In this document: in pieces, positions 39,726 through 48,185 of the stretch
How positions within the stretch are numbered: position 1 is the stretch's first letter
How the letters are laid out: each line of letters begins with the position of its first letter
Source: an uncultured bacterium
GTDB lineage: Bacteria; SAR324; NAC60-12
Assembly: GCA_965662845.1 (NCBI GenBank)
Contig: CBFIJD010000007.1
Span: forward strand, 15,904 to 79,903
Direction: 5' to 3'
Length of the DNA: 64,000 nt
The notes under the pieces: generated by a model
Databases searched by the model: none
Seen by the model: only the letters and a program-made list of their open reading frames with translations
What the model was told of the DNA's origin: nothing
Translations under genes and position numbers: made by a program

Positions 39726-40674
39726 GTTCCCGCTCCCGGCCTCGCTGCTGCCTCTGCTGTTTGCGCAGAGTCCACACGGGCTGCTGCTGGTGCAACATGA
39801 CCAAATCCTCCGCGCTAACCCGGCGGCGCAGCGCTGGCTGTCCCTCTCGGTTTCTCTGCCGTGCGCGCTCCGCGACGTGTTGCCAGAGGTCGCCGGATCG
39901 TTCCAGACACAGCACCTGCGGTTGAGAGATCAACGGTCTGGGACGCTGCGTTGGTTCCCGTTAGAGCAAGATCATTGGCTCGCGCAACTGGAAGCCTCCG
40001 AGAGCTTGGAACCTCGCCACGCTCGCAAAGAAGGCATCGGAGATGCGACCTCGGCGCTGGCTCACGAGCTGCGCACACCACTCGCCACGATTCGGATGAT
40101 CACAGAGAATTTCCAGCTTCGCCAACAGCTTGGCAAAGAGCTAACGCTGGAGAACTTCGCCAAGTTGCCAGACATCGTCGAGCAGTGTGACCAGATTCTG
40201 GAGACGATGCTCGCGCTCGGGCGTAGCCCTGAGTTTGACCAGCCGGCAGTCCTGCCGCTCAACAAGCTGGTGAAGAGCGCTCTACTGCTGCAAAAGCGTT
40301 GGCTCTCTCGTCAGCAGGTGCAACTTCAGCGAGAGTTCTGTGACAGAGAGCCTGTTGTGCGCTGCAAACCATCGCAGTTTGAGCAAACTCTGGGAGCGCT
40401 CTGTCAATTTTTGATTTTACATACACCCTTTCATCAGAGAGAGCGGACGCTACAAACGAAGACGCTAGTAGCGGGAGAACAGGCGGAATTGGAGCTGCGC
40501 ACAGCGAGAGAGGGAGGCGAGGTGAGCTTGGCGGAAAAGTGGGCTCATTTGCGGGCAGCGCTCGCAGAACACGGAGGCGAGCTGCGTGATGAGAGCACCT
40601 CCGAGCAATTTTGTGTGCGGTGGCAGCTACCCTTGCTGGGGTTCGCCGACGAACTGCTGCACGACGGGACGTAA
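39718..40674 (+). CDS. Histidine-kinase-like protein with an intact HisKA H-box but a degenerate ATPase domain (a possible pseudokinase or phosphatase)
   Basis: The H-box is SALAHELRTPLATIRMITENF. The downstream region follows the HATPase_c topology (...LAEHGGELRDESTSEQFCVRWQLPL) but lacks the N, G1 and G2 boxes. Its start overlaps the batA-like stop as ATGGCTGA. Confidence 0.5.
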   Translation: MAEFPLPASLLPLLFAQSPHGLLLVQHDQILRANPAAQRWLSLSVSLPCALRDVLPEVAGSFQTQHLRLRDQRSGTLRWFPLEQDHWLAQLEASESLEPRHARKEGIGDATSALAHELRTPLATIRMITENFQLRQQLGKELTLENFAKLPDIVEQCDQILETMLALGRSPEFDQPAVLPLNKLVKSALLLQKRWLSRQQVQLQREFCDREPVVRCKPSQFEQTLGALCQFLILHTPFHQRERTLQTKTLVAGEQAELELRTAREGGEVSLAEKWAHLRAALAEHGGELRDESTSEQFCVRWQLPLLGFADELLHDGT

Positions 40675-41271
40675 GGTCTCTAGCACCGTGTCCGCCATGA
40701 TTTTGTGCCCTGCGGGGTTTGGGTGAATGCCATCTGGCAGGTTCAGCGAGCGCACGCCGCCGACATCTTGTAAGAGGAAGGGCACCATGGGGAGCTGGTA
40801 AGCTTCGGCGACTTCAAAGAAAGCTTGGCGGTAGGCGGTCGTGTATTCCTCGCCGTAGTTCATCGGCATCTGCATGCCTGTCATCACCACGCGGACATTC
40901 TCGGCTTGTGCCATCTCAATCGCTTTGGAGAGGTTCTCCTTCATGCTCCCCACGTCGAGCCCTCGGAGTCCGTCATTGGCGCCTAACGCCAACAACATGA
41001 TGTGCGGCTTCTGGCGCAGGTACCACTTCAGCCGACTGGGAGCGCTGGCGCTTGTGGCCCCACTGAAGCCACCGTTGATCATCTTTACGTCAAAGCCTTC
41101 GGTGCGTAACTGCTGTTCCACGATGTACGGAAACGCCTCATCTTCAGCGACGCCAAAGCCCTCGGTGAGGGAGTCACCCAACGCCAAAATTCTCACTTCC
41201 GCCATTGCTCCCAAGGGAAAAAAGCCGCACACTGTCAGCACCAAAATCACGAAGTAGCTGATTTTCTTCAT
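40627..41271 (-). CDS. SGNH/GDSL hydrolase (TesA-like arylesterase/lysophospholipase), secreted
   Basis: The signal peptide is followed by ILALGDSLTEGFG (the catalytic Ser block), GANDGL, and DGIHPN (the catalytic His block). Confidence 0.8.
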   Translation of the reverse strand: MKKISYFVILVLTVCGFFPLGAMAEVRILALGDSLTEGFGVAEDEAFPYIVEQQLRTEGFDVKMINGGFSGATSASAPSRLKWYLRQKPHIMLLALGANDGLRGLDVGSMKENLSKAIEMAQAENVRVVMTGMQMPMNYGEEYTTAYRQAFFEVAEAYQLPMVPFLLQDVGGVRSLNLPDGIHPNPAGHKIMADTVLETLRPVVQQFVGEPQQG

Positions 41272-41342
41272 CGTTCTCCTTTGCTCAAGAGTTCTTGAAA
41301 GACCTCTCTGAGTCTAACGACGCTTTGCCACGCTGACAACTC

Positions 41343-42428
41343 ATGACTGCATACATCCTCCGCCGCTTGCTGCTGATGGTCCCCACACTGATTGGAATCA
41401 TGACCATCAACTTTGTGATTGTGCAGATCGCGCCGGGCGGTCCCGTAGATCAGTTCATCGCGCGGATGCAAGGACACGGCGGCATGGACGCGACGGCACG
41501 CCTCACCAACACCGCGAACGAGAACGCTGGGAGCTCAAGCGCAGAATCCAAGACGCGCGGGGCACAAGGCATTGACCCCGACTTGTTACGTGAGATTGAG
41601 AAGTTGTATGGCTTCGACAAGCCGGCACATGAGCGATACGTCGACATGCTCGTCAACTATGCGGTGTTTGACTTTGGCGAGAGCTTTTATCGCGACCGCA
41701 CGGTGACGGAATTGATTCTGGAGAAGCTGCCGGTCTCGGCCTCGTTGGGCATCTGGAGCACGCTGCTGGTCTATCTGGTGTGCATCCCGCTGGGCATCCG
41801 AAAAGCGGTGCGTCACGGCTCGCGCTTTGACGTCTGGACCTCGACCACGATCATTATCGGCAACGCGATCCCCGTGTTTTTGTTTGCGATTCTGCTGATC
41901 ATTTTGTTTGCGGGAGGCAATTACCTCAACTGGTTCCCGCTGCGAGGACTGACGTCGGATCACTTCGCCGAGCTCAGCCTCTTCGGACAAATCCTCGACT
42001 ATTTCTGGCACCTCGCCTTGCCATTGACCGCGATTGTGATTGGCAGCTTCGCCACGTTGACCATGCTCACCAAGAACTCCTTCCTCGATGAAATCGGCAA
42101 GCAATACGTCGTGACCGCCCGCGCCAAAGGCTTGCCCGAACGCCGCGTGCTCTACGGACACGTCTTCCGCAACGCGATGCTGATCATCATCGCAGGGTTC
42201 CCAGCGGCGTTCATCAGCATGTTCTTCACGGGCTCGCTGTTGATTGAGGTGATCTTCTCCCTTGATGGGCTCGGTTTGCTCGGCTTTGAAGCGACGATCC
42301 AGCGTGACTATCCCGTTATGTTCGGTACGCTGTATATCTTCACGCTGCTCGGTCTCATCGTGAACCTCATCAGCGACGTGCTCTACACCGTGATTGATCC
42401 CCGCATCGACTTTGAAGCGCGGGGGTAG
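41343..42428 (+). CDS. ABC transporter permease, OppB/YejB family. It is solitary: no ATPase, second permease or binding-protein gene is adjacent.
   Basis: [34 protein letters not shown] is the OppB-type N-terminus. It has a large periplasmic loop, and the C-terminal EAA-like region is [21 protein letters not shown]. Confidence 0.75.
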   Translation: MTAYILRRLLLMVPTLIGIMTINFVIVQIAPGGPVDQFIARMQGHGGMDATARLTNTANENAGSSSAESKTRGAQGIDPDLLREIEKLYGFDKPAHERYVDMLVNYAVFDFGESFYRDRTVTELILEKLPVSASLGIWSTLLVYLVCIPLGIRKAVRHGSRFDVWTSTTIIIGNAIPVFLFAILLIILFAGGNYLNWFPLRGLTSDHFAELSLFGQILDYFWHLALPLTAIVIGSFATLTMLTKNSFLDEIGKQYVVTARAKGLPERRVLYGHVFRNAMLIIIAGFPAAFISMFFTGSLLIEVIFSLDGLGLLGFEATIQRDYPVMFGTLYIFTLLGLIVNLISDVLYTVIDPRIDFEARG

Positions 42429-42486
42429 CGTCCGCAAATGTCGTCGGACGCACGAGCGCACGTCGAAACACCCCACACAGGAACGC

Positions 42487-43314
42487 ATGTCCCGCTCTCG
42501 CTGGCTCGGATTTCTCATCTTTTGCGGATTTCTTGGATTATCCACCCAACTTCTGGCGGCTCCCTCTGCCGAGCTGTGGCCCCGCTGGGAGGCGCACAAT
42601 TCGAGCGCCTCAGCACAGATCGACCATACGCCTTGGGACGAGTTTCTGTCCCGCTTTCTGGACGCCAACACGGCCTCTGGCATTCACCTGATGCGCTACG
42701 CGCAAGTGGACGCAGCCTCGCGTCAGCGACTGCAACGCTACCTGCAACAGTTACAAAACACGCCGATTTCGCAGTTCAACCGCGACGAACAGATGGCGTT
42801 CTGGATCAATCTCTACAACGCCCGCACCGTCGAGTTGATTCTGCAGGAAGCTCCGGTTTCTTCGATTACCGACATTTCGTTTAGCCTCTTCAGCTTTGGG
42901 CCGTGGGGCGAAGAGCTGCTGACCGTCGAGAACGAAAGGCTCTCGCTAGACGACATCGAGCACCGCATCTTGCGCCCCATCTGGAGAGACCCACGCATTC
43001 ACTACGCGGTGAACTGCGCCAGCCTCGGGTGCCCCAACTTGCAACCCAAAGCCTTCACCGCGGCGACCTTAGAAGCGCAGCTCGAACAAGCCGCCCGCGA
43101 GTTTGTGAACCACCCCCGCGGGGTCCGCTTTGAAGGCGAAGCCTTAATCCTCTCCAAAATTTACGATTGGTTTCAGGAAGATTTTGGGGCTCACGAAGCG
43201 GACGTCCTCCGCCACCTGGTGCTCTATGCCGAACCAGAGTTGGCCGAACGCTTGCGGTCTTTCGAGGGAGAGATCGACTACGAATATGACTGGAATCTCA
43301 ACGAGGAGCGCTGA
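42487..43314 (+). CDS. DUF547 domain-containing secreted protein
   Basis: A signal peptide is followed by AFWINLYNARTVELIL...HYAVNCASLGCPNL, which I recognise as the DUF547 signature. Its TGA stop sits 1 nt before the next gene's ATG. Confidence 0.6.
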   Translation: MSRSRWLGFLIFCGFLGLSTQLLAAPSAELWPRWEAHNSSASAQIDHTPWDEFLSRFLDANTASGIHLMRYAQVDAASRQRLQRYLQQLQNTPISQFNRDEQMAFWINLYNARTVELILQEAPVSSITDISFSLFSFGPWGEELLTVENERLSLDDIEHRILRPIWRDPRIHYAVNCASLGCPNLQPKAFTAATLEAQLEQAAREFVNHPRGVRFEGEALILSKIYDWFQEDFGAHEADVLRHLVLYAEPELAERLRSFEGEIDYEYDWNLNEER

Positions 43315-43315
43315 C

Positions 43316-45508
43316 ATGAACCCCTTTCTGCAAGACCGCCAACGCTGGGTGCTGGGCCTCGTAGTGTTGCTCGTCGGGCTGTTTTTTGTGCTGGATCTGC
43401 CAAATGTGCTGACGTTGGAAAACCTCAAAGCCTCGCGGGAAGGCTTCCGAGAGTCTTATGCTGCGAATCCCTTTTGGTTTGGGATGCTCTACTTCGTGGG
43501 ATACGTGATCGTGACGGCGTCTTCGGTGCCGGGGGCTGCCGTGCTGACGCTCGCGGGAGGCGCGGTGTTTGGGCTGGTCGGCGGCACGCTGCTGGTCTCG
43601 TTCGCCAGCACGATCGGCGCAACGTTGGCGATGCTCGCGGCGCGATTTCTGTTATATCCCAGCGTAGAAAAACGCTTTGGGGACTCCTTGCGGCGCCTCA
43701 ACCGTGGCGTTGAGCGGGAGGGAGCCTTCTACTTGTTCACGTTGCGGTTGGTTCCGATTGTGCCGTTTTTCGTCATCAATTTGGGCATGGGGCTCACCAA
43801 AATGCCGGCTCGCACCTTTTATTGGGTCAGCCAGCTGGGCATGTTGCCCGGAACCATCGTCTATGTGAACGCTGGCGCTGAGCTTGGACAAATCGAATCG
43901 ATGGGCGACATCTTGTCTGGCAGCCTGCTGTTTTCCTTCGCCTTGTTGGGGATCTTCCCTCTTGTCGCTAAGAAAGGAGTGGAAGCCTATCGCAAGCGTC
44001 GCGCCCCGCAGCCTACGTCTACGACCTCAAGCAGCTCCGCCCAAGTGAACGCTGCGCCTGCCGTACACACACCGCGACCTTACGATTACAACCTCGTCGC
44101 GATTGGCGCGGGCGCGGCGGGTCTCGTCACGACGTACATGGGCGCCGCGTTGCAAGCTCGCGTGGCGTTGATCGAGAAGCACAAAATGGGCGGTGACTGC
44201 TTGAACACCGGCTGCGTGCCCAGCAAAGCGCTATTGAGCAGCGCCAAAGCCGCACAACAGATGCGAAACGCCGCGAAATACGGGCTCGAACCCGTCGAGG
44301 TGCAGGTGAACTTTGCGCAGGTGATGACGCAGGTGCAGCAAATCATTCAGCGCATCGAGCCGCACGACAGCGTCGAGCGTTACACGGCGCTTGGCGTGGA
44401 GTGTCTGCAAGGCGAGGCGTTCGTGCATTCGCCCAACGAGGTCGAAGTCTTTGGACAAAAGCTCACCACGAGTCGTCTCGTGATCGCGACCGGAGCACGT
44501 CCGTTTGTCCCGCCGATTGTCGGTCTGGAACGAGTCCCGTTCTCGCATTCGGACAACATCTGGGAGCTGCGTCAGCTGCCTCGGCGTTTGGTCGTGATCG
44601 GTGGTGGTCCGATCGGTTGCGAGCTAGCGCAGGCGTTTCAACGTCTTGGGTCACAGGTCACGTTGCTCGAGCGAGGCCCTGACATCCTGCCCAAAGAAGA
44701 CCGAGACATGGCGACCTTTGTTCAGCGCCGCATGGAAGCCGACGGCGTGCGCATTTTGACCGGTGTGACTCTGGAGAACGTCGCGCGCGTTGGCGACGTG
44801 ACGCACGTACACCTGCAGGGGCACGACGGGCAAGTGGTCGCCTGTGAGCACATCCTCGTGGCGGCGGGGCGCAAAGCCAACACAGACGGTTTTGGGCTGG
44901 AAGCGCTAGGCGTGGAGAAAAACCCAGACGGGACGCTGTGGGTGGACGCTCACTTACAGACAAGCGCGGCGGGGATCTATGCGTGTGGCGACGTGGCGGG
45001 ACCGTATCAGTTCACGCACATGGCCGGGCACCAAGGGTGGTATGCGTCGGTCAACGCTCTGTTCTCGCCGCTGAAGCAGTTCGCGGTGGACTACTCGGTC
45101 GTGCCTTGGTGCACCTACACCGATCCAGAGTTGGCGCATGTCGGCCTGAGCGAGACGATGGCGCAAGCGCAGAACATCCCCTACGAGGTCACGGTCTTCC
45201 CGCTGAACGACCTTGACCGCGCCATCACCGACCGCACAGATGAGGGCCAAATCAAAGTGTTGACGAAGCCCAACTCTGACAAAATCCTCGGCGCGACCAT
45301 CTGTGGGCATCACGCGGGAGACTTGCTGACGGAGTATATTCTGGCGATGAAGCACGGTCTCGGGCTCAACAAAATTCTCGGGACGATTCATCCGTACCCA
45401 ACGCTCGCGGAAGGCAACAAGTTGCTCGCTGGGGCGTGGCGTCGAAACCACAGCCCAGCGTGGCTGATGCCGTATCTCAAAGCCTTTCACACGTGGAAGC
45501 GGAGCTGA
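43316..45508 (+). CDS. Fusion of an N-terminal DedA/TVP38 (SNARE-associated) membrane domain with a C-terminal FAD-dependent pyridine nucleotide-disulfide oxidoreductase (mercuric reductase/dihydrolipoamide dehydrogenase-like)
   Basis: The DedA region is VPGAAVLTLAGGAVFGLVGGTLLVSFASTIGATLAML...RLVPIVPF. The FAD region is LVAIGAGAAGLVTTYMGA...GGDCLNTGCVPSKALL (a redox CxxxxC), the NAD-binding motif is VVIGGGPIGCELAQAF, and the C-terminus is ...HPYPTLAEG. Confidence 0.8.
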   Translation: MNPFLQDRQRWVLGLVVLLVGLFFVLDLPNVLTLENLKASREGFRESYAANPFWFGMLYFVGYVIVTASSVPGAAVLTLAGGAVFGLVGGTLLVSFASTIGATLAMLAARFLLYPSVEKRFGDSLRRLNRGVEREGAFYLFTLRLVPIVPFFVINLGMGLTKMPARTFYWVSQLGMLPGTIVYVNAGAELGQIESMGDILSGSLLFSFALLGIFPLVAKKGVEAYRKRRAPQPTSTTSSSSAQVNAAPAVHTPRPYDYNLVAIGAGAAGLVTTYMGAALQARVALIEKHKMGGDCLNTGCVPSKALLSSAKAAQQMRNAAKYGLEPVEVQVNFAQVMTQVQQIIQRIEPHDSVERYTALGVECLQGEAFVHSPNEVEVFGQKLTTSRLVIATGARPFVPPIVGLERVPFSHSDNIWELRQLPRRLVVIGGGPIGCELAQAFQRLGSQVTLLERGPDILPKEDRDMATFVQRRMEADGVRILTGVTLENVARVGDVTHVHLQGHDGQVVACEHILVAAGRKANTDGFGLEALGVEKNPDGTLWVDAHLQTSAAGIYACGDVAGPYQFTHMAGHQGWYASVNALFSPLKQFAVDYSVVPWCTYTDPELAHVGLSETMAQAQNIPYEVTVFPLNDLDRAITDRTDEGQIKVLTKPNSDKILGATICGHHAGDLLTEYILAMKHGLGLNKILGTIHPYPTLAEGNKLLAGAWRRNHSPAWLMPYLKAFHTWKRS

Positions 45509-45509
45509 C

Positions 45510-47129
45510 TCAACGCTGCGGAGCGGCGTATTTCGCAGCAAAGGGGGTCGCGCCGGCTTGCTTCTGCACGCGCTCGTTGGCAGCGAGATGCTCCAGCAGC
45601 TTGAAGAGCGTCTCGGTTTGTGAGGAGACGTCTAAGGCCGCAGCGAGTTCTTCTAACGAGCAGTAGCGCTGCGGCTCGGAGCGCAGCTGTGCCAGCAGCT
45701 TGGTTTGTAAGGCAAGCACGTCACCCGCCGCTTTTTTTCCCGCCTCAACTCCCGGCTGATGATAGGCGTTGATGCCAATGAGATGAGCGTAGATGCCCAC
45801 GGCCCGCTCAAAGAGCGCGACCAACGCGCCCACCGTCTGTGGCGAGACCTCGTCCAGGGTCAAGGTGATCGACTCCCGCTGCTGTTCGTGCAGCGCTTGG
45901 CGGGTTCCCAGCAAGAAGCCGAGCAAATAGTCACCCGAAGTGACGTCCTCTTCCACCTCTAGCGCCTCCCCTCGTCGATCTTTGAGCACTTCCAAAAACA
46001 CAACGAAGAAGTCATTTCGTCCATCGCGGAGCTGTTGCACGTAGGCGTGCTGGTCGGTGGAGCCTTTGTTGCCATACACCGACAGCCCTTGCTCGACGAG
46101 GTCACCGCTCAGGTTGTGGGCTTTGCCGATGGACTCCATCACGAGCTGTTGCAGGTAGCGGCTGAAGAGCAGCAAGCGGTCTTTGTACGGCAGTACGACC
46201 ATCGCCTTGTCGCCCCGACCGTTGCCCGCGTACCACCACATCAGAGCTAGCTGTGCGGCGGGGTTTTGCTTGGGGTTGGGGTTGCGCCCGTGCTCATCCA
46301 TTGCCTTGGCGCCGGCGAGCATCGCGTCGAGGTTCACGCCTTGGAGCGCGGCGGGGAGCAGCCCGACGGCTGAGAACTCGGACGTGCGCCCCCCGACCCA
46401 GTCCCACATTGGAAACGTCGCTAACCAAGCTTGCTCGGTCGCGAGCTGCTCCAGCTGGCTCCCTCCGCTCGTCACGGCGATGGCGTGGGACGCGAAGTTC
46501 AGCCCTGCCGCTTGGTAGATGTGCTGAGTTTCAAGCATCGCGTTGCGCGTTTCTGCGGTGCTCCCTGACTTGGAGATGACGATGCAAAGCGTGCGTGCCA
46601 GCTCATTGTGCAGCGCCGCGAAGACGCTCTCAAAGCCGTCGGGGTCGGTGTTGTCCAGAAAGTGTAGCTGAATTTTCGACAGCGGAGCGCGCATCGCCAA
46701 GTCCACGAATTGAGGCCCGAGCGCCGAACCCCCGATCCCGATCACGAGCACATGTCGGAAGGGTTCCCCCTGTTCGTTGGCGAGGTCACCTTTGCGAACC
46801 TTGGCCGCGAAGGTGTTCACCTGCTGTCGTGTCTGGTGGATCGCGTCTCGGAGCTCTGCGTTGGGCGCTCGCTCGGGGTCTCGCAGCCAATAGTGCCCGA
46901 CTCTACGCTGTTCGTCGGGGTTGGCGATCGCGCCGCCTTCGAGGTCTCGCATGTGCTGCAGAGCGTTCTCCAGCGCGGCAGCGTGGGTCTGCCAAAAGGA
47001 AGCTGGGAAGTTCATGCGGGAGATGTCCAGCGCGATGCCGGTGCCCGAGAGTGGCAAGTAATATTCCTGAAAGCGATCCCATCCGGTTGGTGATGTCATC
47101 GAGACCTCCATGAGAGTTAGAAAAAGCAA
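45510..47129 (-). CDS. pgi: Glucose-6-phosphate isomerase
   Basis: 539 aa. Contains GHYWLRDPERAP, the SIS-domain motif ...IGIGGSALGPQF, and the C-terminal PGI signature region. An alternative start is M 47099. Confidence 0.85.
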   Translation of the reverse strand: MLFLTLMEVSMTSPTGWDRFQEYYLPLSGTGIALDISRMNFPASFWQTHAAALENALQHMRDLEGGAIANPDEQRRVGHYWLRDPERAPNAELRDAIHQTRQQVNTFAAKVRKGDLANEQGEPFRHVLVIGIGGSALGPQFVDLAMRAPLSKIQLHFLDNTDPDGFESVFAALHNELARTLCIVISKSGSTAETRNAMLETQHIYQAAGLNFASHAIAVTSGGSQLEQLATEQAWLATFPMWDWVGGRTSEFSAVGLLPAALQGVNLDAMLAGAKAMDEHGRNPNPKQNPAAQLALMWWYAGNGRGDKAMVVLPYKDRLLLFSRYLQQLVMESIGKAHNLSGDLVEQGLSVYGNKGSTDQHAYVQQLRDGRNDFFVVFLEVLKDRRGEALEVEEDVTSGDYLLGFLLGTRQALHEQQRESITLTLDEVSPQTVGALVALFERAVGIYAHLIGINAYHQPGVEAGKKAAGDVLALQTKLLAQLRSEPQRYCSLEELAAALDVSSQTETLFKLLEHLAANERVQKQAGATPFAAKYAAPQR

Positions 47130-47159
47130 GACACAGAATTTGAGACGTAATTTGCGATT

Positions 47160-47194
47160 GACGCTGGTTTTTGTTAGCGTTCCTTTCTTTTTTC
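47160..47194 (+). promoter_or_regulatory. Hairpin (GACGCT / AGCGTT, 10-nt loop) followed by the run CCTTTCTTTTTTC in the hsp20 upstream region
   Basis: Read from the sequence. It has terminator-like geometry on the plus strand inside a divergent promoter region. It could be a 5' leader or attenuator element for hsp20. Confidence 0.25.
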
Positions 47195-47232
47195 ACCCCT
47201 GCAAAATCACACCCTTGCCCGCCTGATCTCGC

Positions 47233-47634
47233 ATGTCTGAAGAATTGGAAGCCCTACTCGAACGCCAGCAACGCCAACATGAACGTCTTGAAGAACTAAA
47301 GCAACGCACCCCACTGTCCACTTCTGGAGACGACGCTTTCCGCTATCAGGACGCCAGCTATGATCTTCACCAGCGAGACGACGAAGTGTTTCTCAGCATC
47401 GACGTTCCTGGGGTGTTGGAAGAATCGGTCGCTTTTGACTTTCAGGACGCCGCCTTCTTCGTGACGGGTGAGTTCCCCGCCTCTGAACCAGACCACGCGG
47501 TCTGTGTGCAACAAAACCGCCTACGGGGGCCGTTTCGGTATCAATTTTTGTTGCCTCGCCCGGCCCAGCGGTTTGAATCGTATCAAGAGAATGGTGTTTT
47601 GTATTTACGCATTCAGTTGCAGCCTGAGGAATGA
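47233..47634 (+). CDS. Hsp20/alpha-crystallin family small heat-shock protein
   Basis: The alpha-crystallin domain pattern is ...DEVFLSIDVPGVLEESVAFDFQDAAFFVTGE...RLRGPFRYQFLLPRPA...ENGVLYLRIQL. Confidence 0.7.
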   Translation: MSEELEALLERQQRQHERLEELKQRTPLSTSGDDAFRYQDASYDLHQRDDEVFLSIDVPGVLEESVAFDFQDAAFFVTGEFPASEPDHAVCVQQNRLRGPFRYQFLLPRPAQRFESYQENGVLYLRIQLQPEE

Positions 47635-47637
47635 CTT

Positions 47638-47784
47638 ATGCCCAGAATCTTACGTAACTACTTGATTAGTTTTTTGATTATCGGCACTTTGCTGGGCATC
47701 ATTCACGCGTTGGACTTGTATTTCAACCCTCGTGAAGCCACATCCCCAACTCCGGAACCAACGGCAACCGTCCCGCAAAATTAG
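47638..47784 (+). CDS. Possible 48-aa small membrane protein MPRILRNYLISFLIIGTLLGIIHALDLYFNPREATSPTPEPTATVPQN
   Basis: The ORF sits between hsp20 and fxsA, and its TAG stop directly abuts the fxsA ATG. It has a single predicted TM helix. It is below the 60-aa cutoff of the ORF track. Confidence 0.3.
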   Translation: MPRILRNYLISFLIIGTLLGIIHALDLYFNPREATSPTPEPTATVPQN

Positions 47785-48159
47785 ATGACAGCTATCGTTT
47801 GGATCGCGCTCAGTCTGCTCTTGCTGATCGAGACGCTGCTGCTGAGCGTCCTTGCGCGCTCTTTGGGCAACCTCAGCTTGTTTCTGTTGAGCGGAGTGAC
47901 GGCTGGAGCGGGCTTGTGGTTGATGAGAGGCGAGGATTTTTCGCTCTGGACTCTGGTCGAGACTGAACTTCAGCAGCGGCGGCTGCCGACTACAGAGCTC
48001 TGGGACGCTCTGGTGCTCTGGCTGGCTGGAGGTCTTCTGGTGGTGCCCGGCTTGCTCTCGGATGCCATCGGCATCGTGCTCACGCTTCCCGACATTCGCT
48101 CCACGTTGGTTGAGCGCTTGGAGCACTATTTTCGCCAACGCTGGCGGGCACCACTCTAA
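47785..48159 (+). CDS. fxsA: FxsA family cytoplasmic membrane protein
   Basis: MTAIVWIALSLLLLIETLLLSVLARSLG...LVVPGLLSDAIGIVLTLP is the characteristic FxsA sequence. Confidence 0.8.
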   Translation: MTAIVWIALSLLLLIETLLLSVLARSLGNLSLFLLSGVTAGAGLWLMRGEDFSLWTLVETELQQRRLPTTELWDALVLWLAGGLLVVPGLLSDAIGIVLTLPDIRSTLVERLEHYFRQRWRAPL

Positions 48160-48185
48160 CAAAACTCCCACCACAGGAACCTGAT

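Noticed and set aside
41586-42683. 365-aa minus-strand ORF antisense to the YejB-like permease and DUF547 genes
   Set aside because: It is a highly charged, His/Arg/Asp-rich nonsense translation that spans two well-supported plus-strand genes.
44954-47113. 195-aa minus-strand ORF inside the DedA-oxidoreductase gene and 172-aa plus-strand ORF inside pgi
   Set aside because: They are Arg-rich antisense artefacts of high-GC coding DNA.
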